From an uncultured Acidobacteriota bacterium (GTDB lineage Bacteria > Acidobacteriota > Thermoanaerobaculia > Gp7-AA8): a stretch of DNA of 64,000 nucleotides. The translations under genes and the position numbers were made by a program. Positions 1-11,400 of the stretch are shown piece after piece; position 1 is the first letter of the stretch, and every line of letters begins with the position of its first letter. The stretch covers positions 32,001 through 96,000 of the forward strand of contig CAVUKB010000007.1 in NCBI GenBank assembly GCA_963741955.1, given 5' to 3'. The notes under the pieces were generated by a model. That model was not told where the DNA came from. It did no database searches and worked only from the letters and a program-made list of their open reading frames with translations.

Positions 1-549
1 GCCACTCGGGACCCCCGCAGATTGAGGGGTGCAGATCCTCCGATCTGCCGCGGACGTGGTGTTCGAGCGCAATGAGACGGCGCTGTCGGCTGAGGCGAAG
101 CCGCTCTCGCGAGACTCGCGCATTCCACCGACGCTGCGCGCAACGGGACAGTCTCCGTCTTCCTCGGCTTCGACATGATCGTCGCCACTCGGGACCCCCG
201 CAGATTGAGGGGTGCAGATCCTCCGATCTGCCGCGGACGTGGTGTTCGAGCGCAATGAGACGGCGCTGTCGGCTGAGGCGAAGCCGCTCTCGCGAGACTC
301 GCGCATTCCACCGACGCTGCGCGCAACGGGACAGTCTCCGTCTTCCTCGGCTTCGACATGATCGTCGCCACTCGGGACCCCCGCAGATTGAGGGGTGCAG
401 ATCCTCCGATCTGCCGCGGACGTGGTGTTCGAGCGCAATGAGACGGCGCTGTCGGCTGAGGCGAAGCCGCTCTCGCGAGACTCGCGCATTCCACCGACGC
501 TGCGCGCAACGGGACAGTCTCCGTCTTCCTCGGCTTCGACATGATCGTC
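1..549. repeat. Tandem array of three identical 183-bp units with REP-like hairpin, truncated by window start
   Basis: Unit GCCACTCGGGACCC... restarts at 1, 184 and 367. Each unit contains hairpin GCAGATC-CTCC-GATCTGC. An inverted variant follows at ~550-586 and a degenerate partial copy at ~604-650. Confidence 0.95.
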
Positions 550-795
550 GCGGCGGATCAGAGGATCCGCACCCCCTCGGGGTCCCTGCAGGTTGACCCC
601 CGAATTCCACCGACGCTGCGCGCAACGCCGCGGTCTCCGTCTTCCTCGGCTCCCCTCGCGCGGAGTCGGCCGCGGGCGGGCTTTCCGAGGAGGAATCACG
701 AACCCGCCGATCGCGAACTGGTCCGCAATTCGCATCGGCTCTGTCCGCCAGCCGGAACGTCAACACCTAAATCCGCCGTCGAACAGGAGCGTCGA

Positions 796-3081
796 ATGAG
801 CACCGTCGAACCGCAAGCGCCCTCTCTCCCGGAGTTCGAAAAAGAAGTCGCCGAAACGCAGGAATGGCTCGACAGCCCCCGCTTCCGGGAGATCACCCGT
901 CTCTACTCCGCACGACAGGTCGTCGAGCAGCGCGGCACGATCCGCACGGAATACAGCGTCGCTCGCGACGCCGCGGTTGCTTTTTACGACCGCCTCCGCG
1001 AGCTCTTCCGCGAAAAGAAAGCGGTCACCACGTTCGGTCCCTATTCGCCCGGACAGGCGGTCGCCTTGAAGCGCATCGGAATCGAGGCGATTTACCTCGG
1101 CGGTTGGGCGACGTCGGCCAAGGGCTCGACCCACGAAGATCCCGGACCCGATCTCGCCAGCTATCCCCTCAGTCAGGTCCCGGATGAGGCAGCGGTTCTG
1201 GTCCGCGCGCTCCTCGCGGCGGACCGCAACCAGCAGTTCCTTCGGTCGCGGATGAGCGAACAGCAACGGGCCAAGACGCCGGTCTACGATTTCCGCCCGT
1301 TCATCATCGCCGATGCAGATACGGGACACGGAGGCGATCCGCACGTACGGAATCTCGTGCGGCGCTTCGTCGAGGCAGGGGTGTCCGGGTACCACATCGA
1401 GGACCAGCGGCCGGGGACGAAAAAGTGCGGACATCAGGGGGGGAAGGTCCTGGTCGGATCGGACGAACAGATCAAGCGCCTGAACGCGGCGCGCTTTCAG
1501 CTCGACGTGATGCGCGTCCCTGGAATCATCGTGGCGCGAACGGATGCCGAAGCGGCGACTCTCATCGACAGCCGCGGAGACGAGCGCGATCAGCCGTTCA
1601 TCCTCGGCGCGACGAACGTGAACCTTCCCGCGTACAAGGCTGCGTTTCTCGCGCTGATGCGCCGGTTCCACTCACTCGGGGTGAAAGAACTGAACGGGTT
1701 CATGCTCTACGAACCGTCGGATGAAGAGATGCGGGACGCCGACGAGTGGCTCGAGCGGACCGGTCTGGCCGCCGAGGCGAAGGGAGCCATCGATCGGATC
1801 ACCCGGAATGAAGGTTTCTCGGTCGATGCGCTCTTCGACAGCGTTGCGTCGCATCTGATCGAGATCTGGGAGGCGGAGGCGGGGCTCGAGACGTACAGCG
1901 AGGCGGTTGCGGACGTACTCGAGTTCCAGCAGAGCGAAGGCGAACCGATCGAGATGACGCCGGAGGAATGGCGGATCTACGCGTCGCGCGCGTCTCTCTA
2001 CGCGGCCCGGAAGACGGCGCGCTCGCTCGGAGTGAACATCGTCTGGAACTGCGAGCACGCGAAGACGCCGGACGGCTACTACCAGGTCCGTGGCGGAATC
2101 GAGTACGCCATCGCGAAGTCACTGGCTGTCGCCCCCTTCTCCGACATTCTCTGGATGGAAACGAAGACGGCGGATCTCGCCGACGCGAAGAGATTCGCGG
2201 ACGCGATCCACGCGCGGTTCCCGGACAAAATGCTCGCCTACAATCTCTCGCCCTCCTTCAACTGGGATTCCACCGGAATGACTGATGACGACATGCGGGC
2301 GTTCCCCGGTGAGCTCGGTAAGATGGGATTCGTCTTCAACTTCATCACCTATGGTGGCCATCAGATCGACGGACTGGCGGCAGAGGAGTTCGCGACCGCG
2401 CTGCGGCAGGACGGGATGCTCGCGCTCGCGAGGCTGCAGCGGAAGTTCCGGCTGGTCGAGTCGCCGTACCGCACGCCCCAGACGCTGGTCGGCGGCCCCC
2501 GTCTCGATGCCGCGCTCGCCGCATCGTCCGGCCGGACCGCCACCACGAAGGCGATGGGGAAAGGATCGACGCAGCACCAGCATCTGATCCAGACCGAAGT
2601 CCCGAAGAAGCTGCTCGAGGAGTGGCTCGGAATGTGGGCCGACTACTACCAGCTGCGAGGACCTCTCACCGTGGATCTGAGGCCGCAGCGGGCGGGGTCA
2701 GAGCTTCTGGAGCTGGCCATCGTGCGCAGCGACGAGAAGGAGGCGAACGTCATCTTCGCACCGATCCTGGACCGGCGGGAACGGACGATTCTTTCCGTAC
2801 GCGACCAGAACACGTTCGACGAAGAGCTTCGAAGAAAGCGGCTGATGACGCTGATCCACCTCTTCCTGATCCACCGCTACAAAGCCGAGTCGGTGCACTA
2901 CGTCACTCCGACCGAGGACAACCAGTACCAGACCTCGAAGATGAAGTCGCACGGGATCTTCAGCCAGGTGAACACGGAGGTGGGACAGATCATCGTTGCG
3001 GATGTGAATCACCCGCGGATCGCCGAGCTCCTCGCGCCGGACCGCGAAGCTCTGTGGAAGTTGATCCGGAAAGAGGGGTAG
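796..3081 (+). CDS. aceA: Isocitrate lyase, long (ICL2-like) form, 761 aa
   Basis: Catalytic KKCGH motif, [27 protein letters not shown] before ATG 796; the longer 541 start runs through repeat DNA. Confidence 0.95.
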   Translation: MSTVEPQAPSLPEFEKEVAETQEWLDSPRFREITRLYSARQVVEQRGTIRTEYSVARDAAVAFYDRLRELFREKKAVTTFGPYSPGQAVALKRIGIEAIYLGGWATSAKGSTHEDPGPDLASYPLSQVPDEAAVLVRALLAADRNQQFLRSRMSEQQRAKTPVYDFRPFIIADADTGHGGDPHVRNLVRRFVEAGVSGYHIEDQRPGTKKCGHQGGKVLVGSDEQIKRLNAARFQLDVMRVPGIIVARTDAEAATLIDSRGDERDQPFILGATNVNLPAYKAAFLALMRRFHSLGVKELNGFMLYEPSDEEMRDADEWLERTGLAAEAKGAIDRITRNEGFSVDALFDSVASHLIEIWEAEAGLETYSEAVADVLEFQQSEGEPIEMTPEEWRIYASRASLYAARKTARSLGVNIVWNCEHAKTPDGYYQVRGGIEYAIAKSLAVAPFSDILWMETKTADLADAKRFADAIHARFPDKMLAYNLSPSFNWDSTGMTDDDMRAFPGELGKMGFVFNFITYGGHQIDGLAAEEFATALRQDGMLALARLQRKFRLVESPYRTPQTLVGGPRLDAALAASSGRTATTKAMGKGSTQHQHLIQTEVPKKLLEEWLGMWADYYQLRGPLTVDLRPQRAGSELLELAIVRSDEKEANVIFAPILDRRERTILSVRDQNTFDEELRRKRLMTLIHLFLIHRYKAESVHYVTPTEDNQYQTSKMKSHGIFSQVNTEVGQIIVADVNHPRIAELLAPDREALWKLIRKEG

Positions 3082-3221
3082 ACGAGATTTCGCCACGACG
3101 GCGTCTGCCGTCTCGGGATCCTCACGGGCTCAGCGATCAGCCTGAGACCACCGGATAGCGCGGCCGATTGAAGTGTGCCACACTTATCTCCGATCCGAAA
3201 AGACATCGAAGCGGCCGTGAA

Positions 3222-3255
3222 CCAGGGGAGGTGCGACCAGCCGCTCCTCCCCTGG
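3222..3255. terminator. Hairpin between convergent genes, possible terminator
   Basis: CCAGGGGAGG...CCTCCCCTGG 10-bp inverted repeat; U-tract weak. Confidence 0.45.
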
Positions 3256-3262
3256 AATGATT

Positions 3263-4093
3263 TCATTCGGCACCCGGAACGATGACGGTGACGTGCTGAG
3301 TGATGTCACTCGTCACCGTCATCATTGTCCAGTAAGGCACATCCCCGTCGGGTGGTATCACTTCGATGCCTGCATCGTCCGGGATCACGCCAGCGGGCAA
3401 ATCACCTGTCAGATCGTAACTCGCGGCATACCACGGGAAACTCGAATCCGCATCGCTATCGCAGTGCGAGCCGTCGGCCCAAGTCCACGGTAAGGTCATG
3501 CTGCTGATCGTGCTACCGTCCTTGGTCTTGAATAACCTCACTCTGAACGTTCGCACATCGTCGCAGAAACGTTCTGTGAACCGGTAGATTCGGATGGACA
3601 GTCGGAAGCCCGAGGTCAACGGGATAGGTGCGAACCAGGTAGCCCCGCGGCGAACGTCGCGGGAACGAACGACCGGAATCGAGGTCCCCCACGTCGTTTC
3701 GGCGCGCGAGGAGTCGCGTACGCCCAACGAGAACGAGACCTGTGCGGCCACGTCAGCATTCACGTACAAGAGGCGCGATGGGAGGGCGAATGCGAAATCG
3801 CGGTTGTCCGGATGGAGCTCCTCGGCCGCTCCGGGAGCGAGCAGACGGTCGTGCCCGCAGGGAATCGAGGCTCCACAATCGATGACTTCTCCGCTTACCT
3901 CGAAGTAGAGCGACAAGGCTCGCTCGAGCCCATTCGTTACCCACAAGTGCGAACTCCAGTTCGAGCCAAATGCCCCGGGAACGTCATAATATACGGCAGG
4001 GACCAGTATCACTTCCCTGGGTGGATCAGCGGCAATACTCTTCGTGGCCACACAGGCCAGGCAAAGAGCAGCCAAGACGATACGGAAACTCAT
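3263..4093 (-). CDS. Secreted hypothetical protein
   Basis: AGGAGG RBS, signal peptide MSFRIVLAALCLACVATKSIA, motif VPGAFGSNWSSHLWVTN. Start overlaps the upstream stop (ATGA). Confidence 0.75.
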   Translation of the reverse strand: MSFRIVLAALCLACVATKSIAADPPREVILVPAVYYDVPGAFGSNWSSHLWVTNGLERALSLYFEVSGEVIDCGASIPCGHDRLLAPGAAEELHPDNRDFAFALPSRLLYVNADVAAQVSFSLGVRDSSRAETTWGTSIPVVRSRDVRRGATWFAPIPLTSGFRLSIRIYRFTERFCDDVRTFRVRLFKTKDGSTISSMTLPWTWADGSHCDSDADSSFPWYAASYDLTGDLPAGVIPDDAGIEVIPPDGDVPYWTMMTVTSDITQHVTVIVPGAE

Positions 4094-4701
4094 GAGCCTA
4101 CCTCCTGATCGCATGGCCTCGTTCTCGCGAGCTTGATCTGGCCGGCGTGAAGAGGGTCGCCGGTATTCACCAACACCTGTGAGTACGTGAGAAGTTGGCT
4201 CCACACGTCGCCGGGGCTGAGGTTCGGATCGTGTGCATACGGAACGGCGACGGTGGTGTGGCGGAACTCGGGGAGGTATTTCCATACCGGATCGGAGATG
4301 ACCAGCTTCCCGTCCTCCTCGAGCATCATCACGCCGACGCTGACGATCGCTTTCGTCTGGGACGCGATCCGGAACATCGAATCATCGCGCATCGGCACGC
4401 GCGCTTCGCGATCCCGTGCGCCGAACGTGTCGAGGAAGGCGATCTTCCCGTGCCGGGCCACCAGGATTACCCCGCCCGGGAGCCGGTCCTCCCGGACGTA
4501 GCGTTCCATCGTCGAGTGGAGTCGTTGCAGCCTTTCCGTGGAGAGCCCGACGCTCTCCGGTGTGGCCCGATCGAACGAGCTTCTCCCGGCCGTTTGTGCC
4601 GTCGCGAGCGACGCGACGAGAACGATCGAGACAGCGAGAAGGGTGGCCGCCGAAGCGACTCGGCGTCGAGAGCAGTCGAGGTTTTTCGGTTTCATCTTCA
4701 T
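4090..4701 (-). pseudogene. Truncated beta-lactamase-family serine hydrolase fused to an unrelated C-terminal tail
   Basis: Signal peptide, PESVGLS, FRIASQTK (SxxK), DPVWKYLPEF. Homology stops near 4240, well short of a full domain. Confidence 0.7.
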
Positions 4702-4943
4702 CTCCGGACGAGCAGCGATCACGAGATATCTGAACGACTGCCAACTTACTCCCCCGATCGGAGGCGAGGCAATCACGGGAATCTCTGTTACGTCTTCGCA
4801 ACACCATTGACGGAGAAAGGCCGACGGCCCGGACGGCCCGTCGCCCTGTGCCTCGCGTCACAGTTTCGCCCGATTCGCCAACGATAGAGTCCTCCCGTAA
4901 GAGTGCCCGGATCCCGAACGATCCGGAGAGGAGACGTCCTTCA

Positions 4944-6227
4944 ATGGCTGCCAACAACAACGCTTTCGTCACCGCGCAACGCCAGTTCGACCGGGTCGCC
5001 GACATGCTGGAGCTCGACGCTTCCACCCGTGCGCTCCTTCGCTGGCCTCTGCGCGAATATCACTTCGCCGTTCCGGTTCGCATGGACGACGGGAAAGTCG
5101 AGATCTTCCGCGGCTTCCGCGTACAGCACAACGACGCCCGTGGCCCGGGGAAGGGCGGCATCCGCTTCCACCCCGCCGAGACCATCGACACGGTCCGCGC
5201 CCTGGCGATGTGGATGACGTGGAAGTGCGCCGTCGTCGACATCCCGCTCGGTGGGAGTAAAGGTGGGGTGATCGTCGACGCCCACAATCTCAGCGCCCGT
5301 GAGACCGAATCGCTCTGCCGCGGGTGGGTGCGGCAGATCGCCCGTGACATGGGTCCGTTCCGCGACGTTCCCGCCCCCGACGTGATGACCAATCCGCAGA
5401 ACATGCTTTGGATGCTCGACGAGTTCGAAGCGATCCATGGCGGACGGTTCCCCGGATTCATCACTGGAAAGCCCATCGGAATGGGCGGATCGCAGGGTCG
5501 GAAAGAGGCCACCGGGTACGGCGTGGTCTTCACCATCCGCGAAGCGCTCCGCGAGCTGAACATGGATCCGGAGAAGACCACCGCCAGCGTTCAGGGTTTC
5601 GGCAACGTCGCCCAATACGCGGTGGAGCTTCTCGGCAAGATCGGGGTGACTGTCCGCTGCGTTTCGAGCTGGGACCAGTCGGAGCAGAAGTCGTTCACCT
5701 TCCGTCGCGAGAGCGGCGTCGATTTCGCCGAGCTGCTGAAGATCACCAGCCCGTTCGGTGAGATCGACCGTGCGAAGGCGACGAAGCTCGGCTACGAGGT
5801 GCTTCCGGCCGAAGCCTGGATCGAGCAGGACGTCGATATCCTCGTTCCTGCGGCGCTCGAACATCAGATCACGGAAGAAAACGTAGGGAAGATCAGCGCC
5901 CGGGTCCGGATCATCGCCGAGGGAGCCAATGGCCCGACGACGATGGAAGCGGATGAAGCGCTCGCGAAGCGGGGGATCTTCCTGATCCCCGACTTCCTGG
6001 CCAACGCCGGTGGGGTGACCACCAGCTATTTCGAGCAGGTTCAGAGCAACATGAACTACTTCTGGGAGAAGGACGAGGTTCTCGCGCGCCTCGACACGAA
6101 GATGACCGCGGCGTTCCATGCGGTCCTCGACGTGGCGAAGAAGCGGAAGGTCTCCATGCGCGATGCGGCGTACATCATCTCCATCAGCAGAGTGGCGCAG
6201 GCCTGCCGCGATCGGGGCTGGGTGTAG
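4944..6227 (+). CDS. gdhA: Glu/Leu/Phe/Val dehydrogenase, likely glutamate dehydrogenase
   Basis: GPGKGGIRFHP, GGSKGG, DVPAPD, QGFGNVA, EGANGPT, PDFLANAGGV. GGAG RBS. Confidence 0.92.
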   Translation: MAANNNAFVTAQRQFDRVADMLELDASTRALLRWPLREYHFAVPVRMDDGKVEIFRGFRVQHNDARGPGKGGIRFHPAETIDTVRALAMWMTWKCAVVDIPLGGSKGGVIVDAHNLSARETESLCRGWVRQIARDMGPFRDVPAPDVMTNPQNMLWMLDEFEAIHGGRFPGFITGKPIGMGGSQGRKEATGYGVVFTIREALRELNMDPEKTTASVQGFGNVAQYAVELLGKIGVTVRCVSSWDQSEQKSFTFRRESGVDFAELLKITSPFGEIDRAKATKLGYEVLPAEAWIEQDVDILVPAALEHQITEENVGKISARVRIIAEGANGPTTMEADEALAKRGIFLIPDFLANAGGVTTSYFEQVQSNMNYFWEKDEVLARLDTKMTAAFHAVLDVAKKRKVSMRDAAYIISISRVAQACRDRGWV

Positions 6228-6244
6228 AAGAGAAGACGGTCCAG

Positions 6245-6403
6245 GAGTCTGCGCGGTAGAAACTGTCCTACTGCGAAAACGGATCAGCGGTCCAGATCCG
6301 TCCGGATTTTCGGCGAGTAGCCACCGCTACGCACCTCAAATTCGAACGAAGTTGGCCTCGCTGCTCCGCCTTCTCGCGACGGACGTTCCTACCGTGCAGA
6401 CTC
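6245..6403. mobile_element. MITE-like element family A (159 bp)
   Basis: Ends GAGTCTGCGCGGTAG ... CTACCGTGCAGACTC match the IS1182 TIRs. Flanks CCAG/CTCG. Near-identical to 22518-22676 and 32639-32797. Confidence 0.9.
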
Positions 6404-6582
6404 CTCGGCTCGCAAAGTTCCGGATTCGGAGCGAAGATGGGAAGCAGGAGCGGGCCGCGCGAGCGCGCGGTCCGTTCCGCCCCCTGAGCGTTCAGGCGAA
6501 GGGGAGGATTCGATCCGGGCTGAGATCGGAGTCGCCAAGGCGGACGGGTCCGGCTCCCTGAGAGAGCCCTCGAGAGGGCCGC

Positions 6583-8412
6583 ATGAAGAAGGTCACCGAT
6601 CAGGACGTGCTCGACGGGGTCAGGTCTTTCGACCGGACGTTCTTCGATCCCTCTGCACGTCTGAAGGTGATCGGCTCCGGTTCGCTCGGAGGGAAGGCCC
6701 AGGGGCTGGCTTTCGCGCGGATGGTTCTCGACTCCTCGTTTCCCCATGGCCGCTTCCCGCGAATCGAGGTCGGAATCCCAAGCATGACCGTCCTCCGCAC
6801 GGGGGTGTTCGACGCATTCGTCGAACGGAACGGCCTCGGGAAATTCAGGGACATTACGACCGAGAGTTCATCGGAAACCGCAACATCGCGCCTGACTCCC
6901 CCCTTCATCGGGATGAGAGATGAACCGGAATCGGCGGAACGGTCCGACGAGGAGATCGCACGCGCGTTTCAACGTGGCGACATGCCGGTGGAAGTGCTCG
7001 GCGACCTGCGCGCGCTCGTAGAGCAGGTGAAGACTCCTCTTGCGATCCGGTCGTCGAGTCTCCTGGAGGACGCACTCGGCGAGCCGTTCGCCGGCGTCTA
7101 CCAGACCAAGATGATCCCGAACAATCAGCCGAGTCCGGACGACCGCTTCCGGCCGCTGGTGGACGCGATCAAGCTGGTATGGGCCTCGACCTTCTTCAGC
7201 GGCGCACGCCGCTACCGCGCGGCCGCGGCCGACATTCGCGAAGAGAAGATGGCGGTGATCATCCAGGAAGTGGTCGGTGACCGCTACGACCAGCGCTTCT
7301 ACCCGTACGTCTCCGGCGTCGCTCGCTCGATCAACTACTATCCCACCGGGCGCGCGCGTCCCGAAGATGGCGTCGCGAATCTCGCCCTCGGTCTCGGCAA
7401 GACCATCGTGGACGGGTCGGTCTGCTGGACGTACTCGCCCGCGTTTCCCGCCGCCGCACCGCCGGTCGGGTCACCACTGGAGCTGGTGAAGACCACCCAG
7501 ACGAGCTTCTGGGCGGTGAACATGGGGAAGCCCCCGGCATACGATCCGATTCACGAGACGGAGTTCCTCGTGCAGCCGGGGCTCGACGACGCCGAGAACG
7601 ACGGATCACTCGACTGGGTCGCGTCGACGTTCGACGCGGCCGCGGGGAGGATCACTCCGGGGATCGGACGAAGCGGCCCGCGGGTGCTCGACTTCGCCAT
7701 GATCCTCGCCCTCCGCGAGCAGCCGCTGAACGACATCGTCCGCGAGCTCCTGACGCTCTTCGAGAAGTCACTGGAGGCCCCCGTGGAGATCGAGTTCGCG
7801 ATGAGCCTCGAGCCGGCTCGCTTCGGATTTCTCCAGGTCCGTCCGATGATGGTCTCCTCCGCGATCGTGGAGATCGACGAAGACGATCTCTTCGGTCCCG
7901 ATGTTCTGGTGGCTTCCGAGCGCGTTCTCGGAAACGGGGAGATCGAGACGATCCGCGACGTGGTCTACGTTCGTCCGGACCGTTTCGACGCGAAGGAGAC
8001 GCCCCGGATCGCTCTGGAGCTCGAGCAGATCGACCGGGTGGTATCACGAACCGGCGGGCCGTATCTTCTGATCGGGTTCGGACGATGGGGGAGCAGCGAT
8101 CCATGGCTCGGGATCCCGGTGAGCTGGCCGCAGATTGCGGGAGCACGGGCGATCGTCGAAGCGATGACCACGAGGATGAACGTCGATGCGAGTCAGGGAT
8201 CGCATTTTTTCCACAACCTGACCAGCTTTGGAGTTTCCTACTTCTCGATCTCCGCCCGCGGGCCGTACGCGATCGACTGGGAATGGCTCGAAAGGCAGAC
8301 TGCGGGAGAGGAAACTGAGCTCGTACGCCACGTCCGTCTCGATGCGCCGCTGACGGTGAAGGTTGACGGACGTACGGGGCGAGGGGTGATCATGAAGGGC
8401 GGAAGGCGATGA
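6583..8412 (+). CDS. PEP/pyruvate-binding (PPDK_N ATP-grasp) domain protein with C-terminal His-containing domain
   Basis: GGKAQGL, IRSSSLLED, FAGVYQT, IIQEV, EIEFA, LQVRP. C-terminal GRWGS and SQGSHFF. No PEP-binding TIM barrel. Confidence 0.85.
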   Translation: MKKVTDQDVLDGVRSFDRTFFDPSARLKVIGSGSLGGKAQGLAFARMVLDSSFPHGRFPRIEVGIPSMTVLRTGVFDAFVERNGLGKFRDITTESSSETATSRLTPPFIGMRDEPESAERSDEEIARAFQRGDMPVEVLGDLRALVEQVKTPLAIRSSSLLEDALGEPFAGVYQTKMIPNNQPSPDDRFRPLVDAIKLVWASTFFSGARRYRAAAADIREEKMAVIIQEVVGDRYDQRFYPYVSGVARSINYYPTGRARPEDGVANLALGLGKTIVDGSVCWTYSPAFPAAAPPVGSPLELVKTTQTSFWAVNMGKPPAYDPIHETEFLVQPGLDDAENDGSLDWVASTFDAAAGRITPGIGRSGPRVLDFAMILALREQPLNDIVRELLTLFEKSLEAPVEIEFAMSLEPARFGFLQVRPMMVSSAIVEIDEDDLFGPDVLVASERVLGNGEIETIRDVVYVRPDRFDAKETPRIALELEQIDRVVSRTGGPYLLIGFGRWGSSDPWLGIPVSWPQIAGARAIVEAMTTRMNVDASQGSHFFHNLTSFGVSYFSISARGPYAIDWEWLERQTAGEETELVRHVRLDAPLTVKVDGRTGRGVIMKGGRR

Positions 8413-11400
8413 TCGACGAGAATCAGATTCCGATGGAGAAGCTCCTCAACGCTCTGCAGGAGCGGACCAAGGAGCTCGGGTGCCTCTATCGGGTCGAGGA
8501 GCTTTTCAGCCAGCCGGGGATCACGTTGCCGGAAATTCTGGAGGGGATCGTCCAGGCGATACCTGCGGGTTGGCAGTACGTCGACGTCTGCGAAGCTCAG
8601 ATCACGATCGGCTCGCTGGTGGTGACTTCGCCGGGATACCGCGACACCCCGTGGACGATCGAGTCGCCTCTGACGGTGCAGGATCAGATCGTCGGGCGCA
8701 TCATGGTCGTCTATCTGGAAGAGCGTCCCGCGGAGGATGAAGGACCCTTTCTCAAGGAAGAGCGAAAGCTGATCGACACCATCGCCGACCGGCTCGAGCG
8801 TCGAATCCTCCACGAGAACCTCCGTCTGGTCTTCGAGCGCGAGCGGGAGAGAGCGACCACCGGAGTGGAGTGGCGGATCATCATCGACCTCCTCCGGAGG
8901 ACCGACCCGAAGCTCCTTGCGCGCATCTCGCGCAAGATGCTCTACCACCTCGCGTGGGCCGGCGTCGACGACGTCAATCCGATCATCGAAGATTTCAGCA
9001 ACAACGCGCGGGAGGAAGGTGATCCGGAAGTCGACGAGAACCGACCGCTTCCGCTCACACTGCGCCGCGACTTTCTCGACATGACCGAGCAGATCTTCGA
9101 GATCGCGGCGAACCACATCAGCGAATCGGAGATCCTGTCGAACATCCAGAAGTGGATCAAGGAAGACCGTTCGGGCTTTCTGGTCCGCATCCTGGAGAAT
9201 CCGGTCTCCTCGCTCGCCGAGATCACCAACGCCATCGAGCGTTTCCATCATCTCGCCCCACAGGGGCTGGAGCTCTCGCTCCCGCGGGAACGCTCGTTCC
9301 GCGTCTCCCTGATCCGGCGACTCCTCAGCGATCACTCGGCGTTCATCGGTGCGGCGAAGCACTTCATCGACGTCGACGACTTCTTCGATCTCCTCCGTCA
9401 CGTGATCCATCCCGCCGGGAGCCACGGGAAGCTCGGCGGAAAAGCGGCGGGCCTGGTGCTCGCCTCCCACGTTCTCGAGCGCGACCACACCCGCTCCGAG
9501 ATCTTCGGCGACGTTCGCACGCCGCGGACCTGGTACCTCACCTCGGACGGGATTCTCAACTTCATCGACAGCAATGATCTCGAAGAGATCGTGGAGCTGA
9601 AGTACGAAGATCTCGCGCGCGTGCGGCAGGAGTACCCGTACGTCGTTCACGTCTTCAAGAACTCCCCTCTACCGCCGGAGATCCTGAACGGTTTGTCCGT
9701 GGCTCTCGACGATCTTCCGGAGACACCTCTCATCGTCCGCAGCTCGAGTCTGCTCGAGGACCGGCTGGGGACGTCGTTCGCGGGGAAGTACAAGAGCCTC
9801 TTCATCGCGAATCAGGGATCGAAGCGGGAGCGCCTCGCGTCGCTGGTGGACGCGATCACTGAAGTCTATGCGTCGACGTTCGGGCCCGATCCGATCGAGT
9901 ACCGGTCGGAGCACGGGCTGCTCGATTTCCACGAGGAGATGGGCATCCTGATCCAGGAAGTAGCGGGAGCGAGGGTGGGACGCTATTACATGCCCGCGTT
10001 CGCGGGAGTGGCGTTCAGTCACAACGAGTTCCGCTGGTCGAAACGGATCCGCCGCGAAGATGGATTGATCCGGATGGTGCCGGGGCTCGGGACCCGTGCG
10101 GTGGACCGGATGAGCGACGACTACCCGATTCTGGTCGCTCCGGGGCAGCCGTCTCTCCGGGTGAACGTCACACTCGACGAGAAGGTGCGCTACTCGCCGA
10201 AGATGATGGACGTGATCAATCTGGAGACCAATTCACTCGAAACGGTGGAGGTCGATGATCTGCTGCGCGAGTTCGGCGACGAGTACCCGATGCTCCACCA
10301 GCTCGTCTCGATCCTCCGGGAGGACCGGCTGGTGCAGCCGACAGCGCTCGGGATCGAGCCGCAGAACGACCGGCTGGTGATGACGTTCGAGCGGCTGATC
10401 TCCGAGACGACGTTCGTCGAGCAGATCCGGACCATTCTCGACGTGCTGCAGCAGGAGCTCCGGATGCCGGTGGACATCGAGTTCGCGCACGATGGAAAAG
10501 ATCTCTACCTGGTGCAGTGCCGGCCGCAGAGCTACGGCGCAGCGTCGATTCCGGCGGTCATCCCCCACGACCTCCCCCACGAGAGGATCGTCTTCACCGC
10601 CAAGCGTTACGTCTCGAACGGAACCGTTTCGGGAATCACTCACATCGTCTACGTCGATGCAGATCGATACGACGAGCTCCCGGATCGGGCGGACCGGCTC
10701 GCGGTCGGCCGCGCGGTCGGGCGGCTGAACCAGATCCTTCCCAAGAGGCAGTTCATTCTGATGGGCCCGGGTAGATGGGGAAGCCGTGGGGACATCCGGC
10801 TCGGAGTGAGCGTCACGTACTCCGACATCCACAACACGTCCATGCTGCTGGAGATCGCGAGGAAGAGGCGCGACTACGTTCCGGAGCTCTCGTTCGGAAC
10901 GCATTTCTTCCAGGACCTGGTCGAGGCGAATATCCGCTATCTGCCGCTCTACCCCGATGAGCCGGACGTGATCCTGAACGAAGATCTGCTCATCAGATCG
11001 CGAAATGCACTTCCCGATCTCCTTCCCGATTTCGCCCGATTCGCCGACGTGATCCGGGTCATCGACGTACCGGCTGAAACTGGAGGCATGACCCTCCAGG
11101 TCCTGATGAACGGCGACTCGGATGAAGCGATGGGTCTGTTGACCGAAACCACGCCCGAGATTCAGGAGCCTCAGGTGACCGCTCGGTTCAGTGAAGCCGT
11201 CCAGCGAGTCGACGACAGTCATTGGCAGTGGCGGCTCAGGATGGTCGAACAGATGGCGTCGGTGCTCGACGCGCAGCGCTACGGAGTTCACGCGCTCTAC
11301 CTGTTCGGAAGCACCAAGAACGCGACCGCAGGCTCGGAGAGCGACATCGATCTCCTGATTCACTTCAAGGGTGAGGAACACCAGCGCCGCGAGCTTTCGG

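Noticed and set aside
1-549. CRISPR array
   Set aside because: Units are identical over all 183 bp, with no variable spacers and no cas genes.
72-596. 174-aa repeat protein ORF
   Set aside because: Arg-rich translation of the tandem repeat; no RBS and no recognisable domain.
541-795. N-terminal extension of aceA
   Set aside because: Runs through repeat DNA; there is a good RBS at ATG 796.
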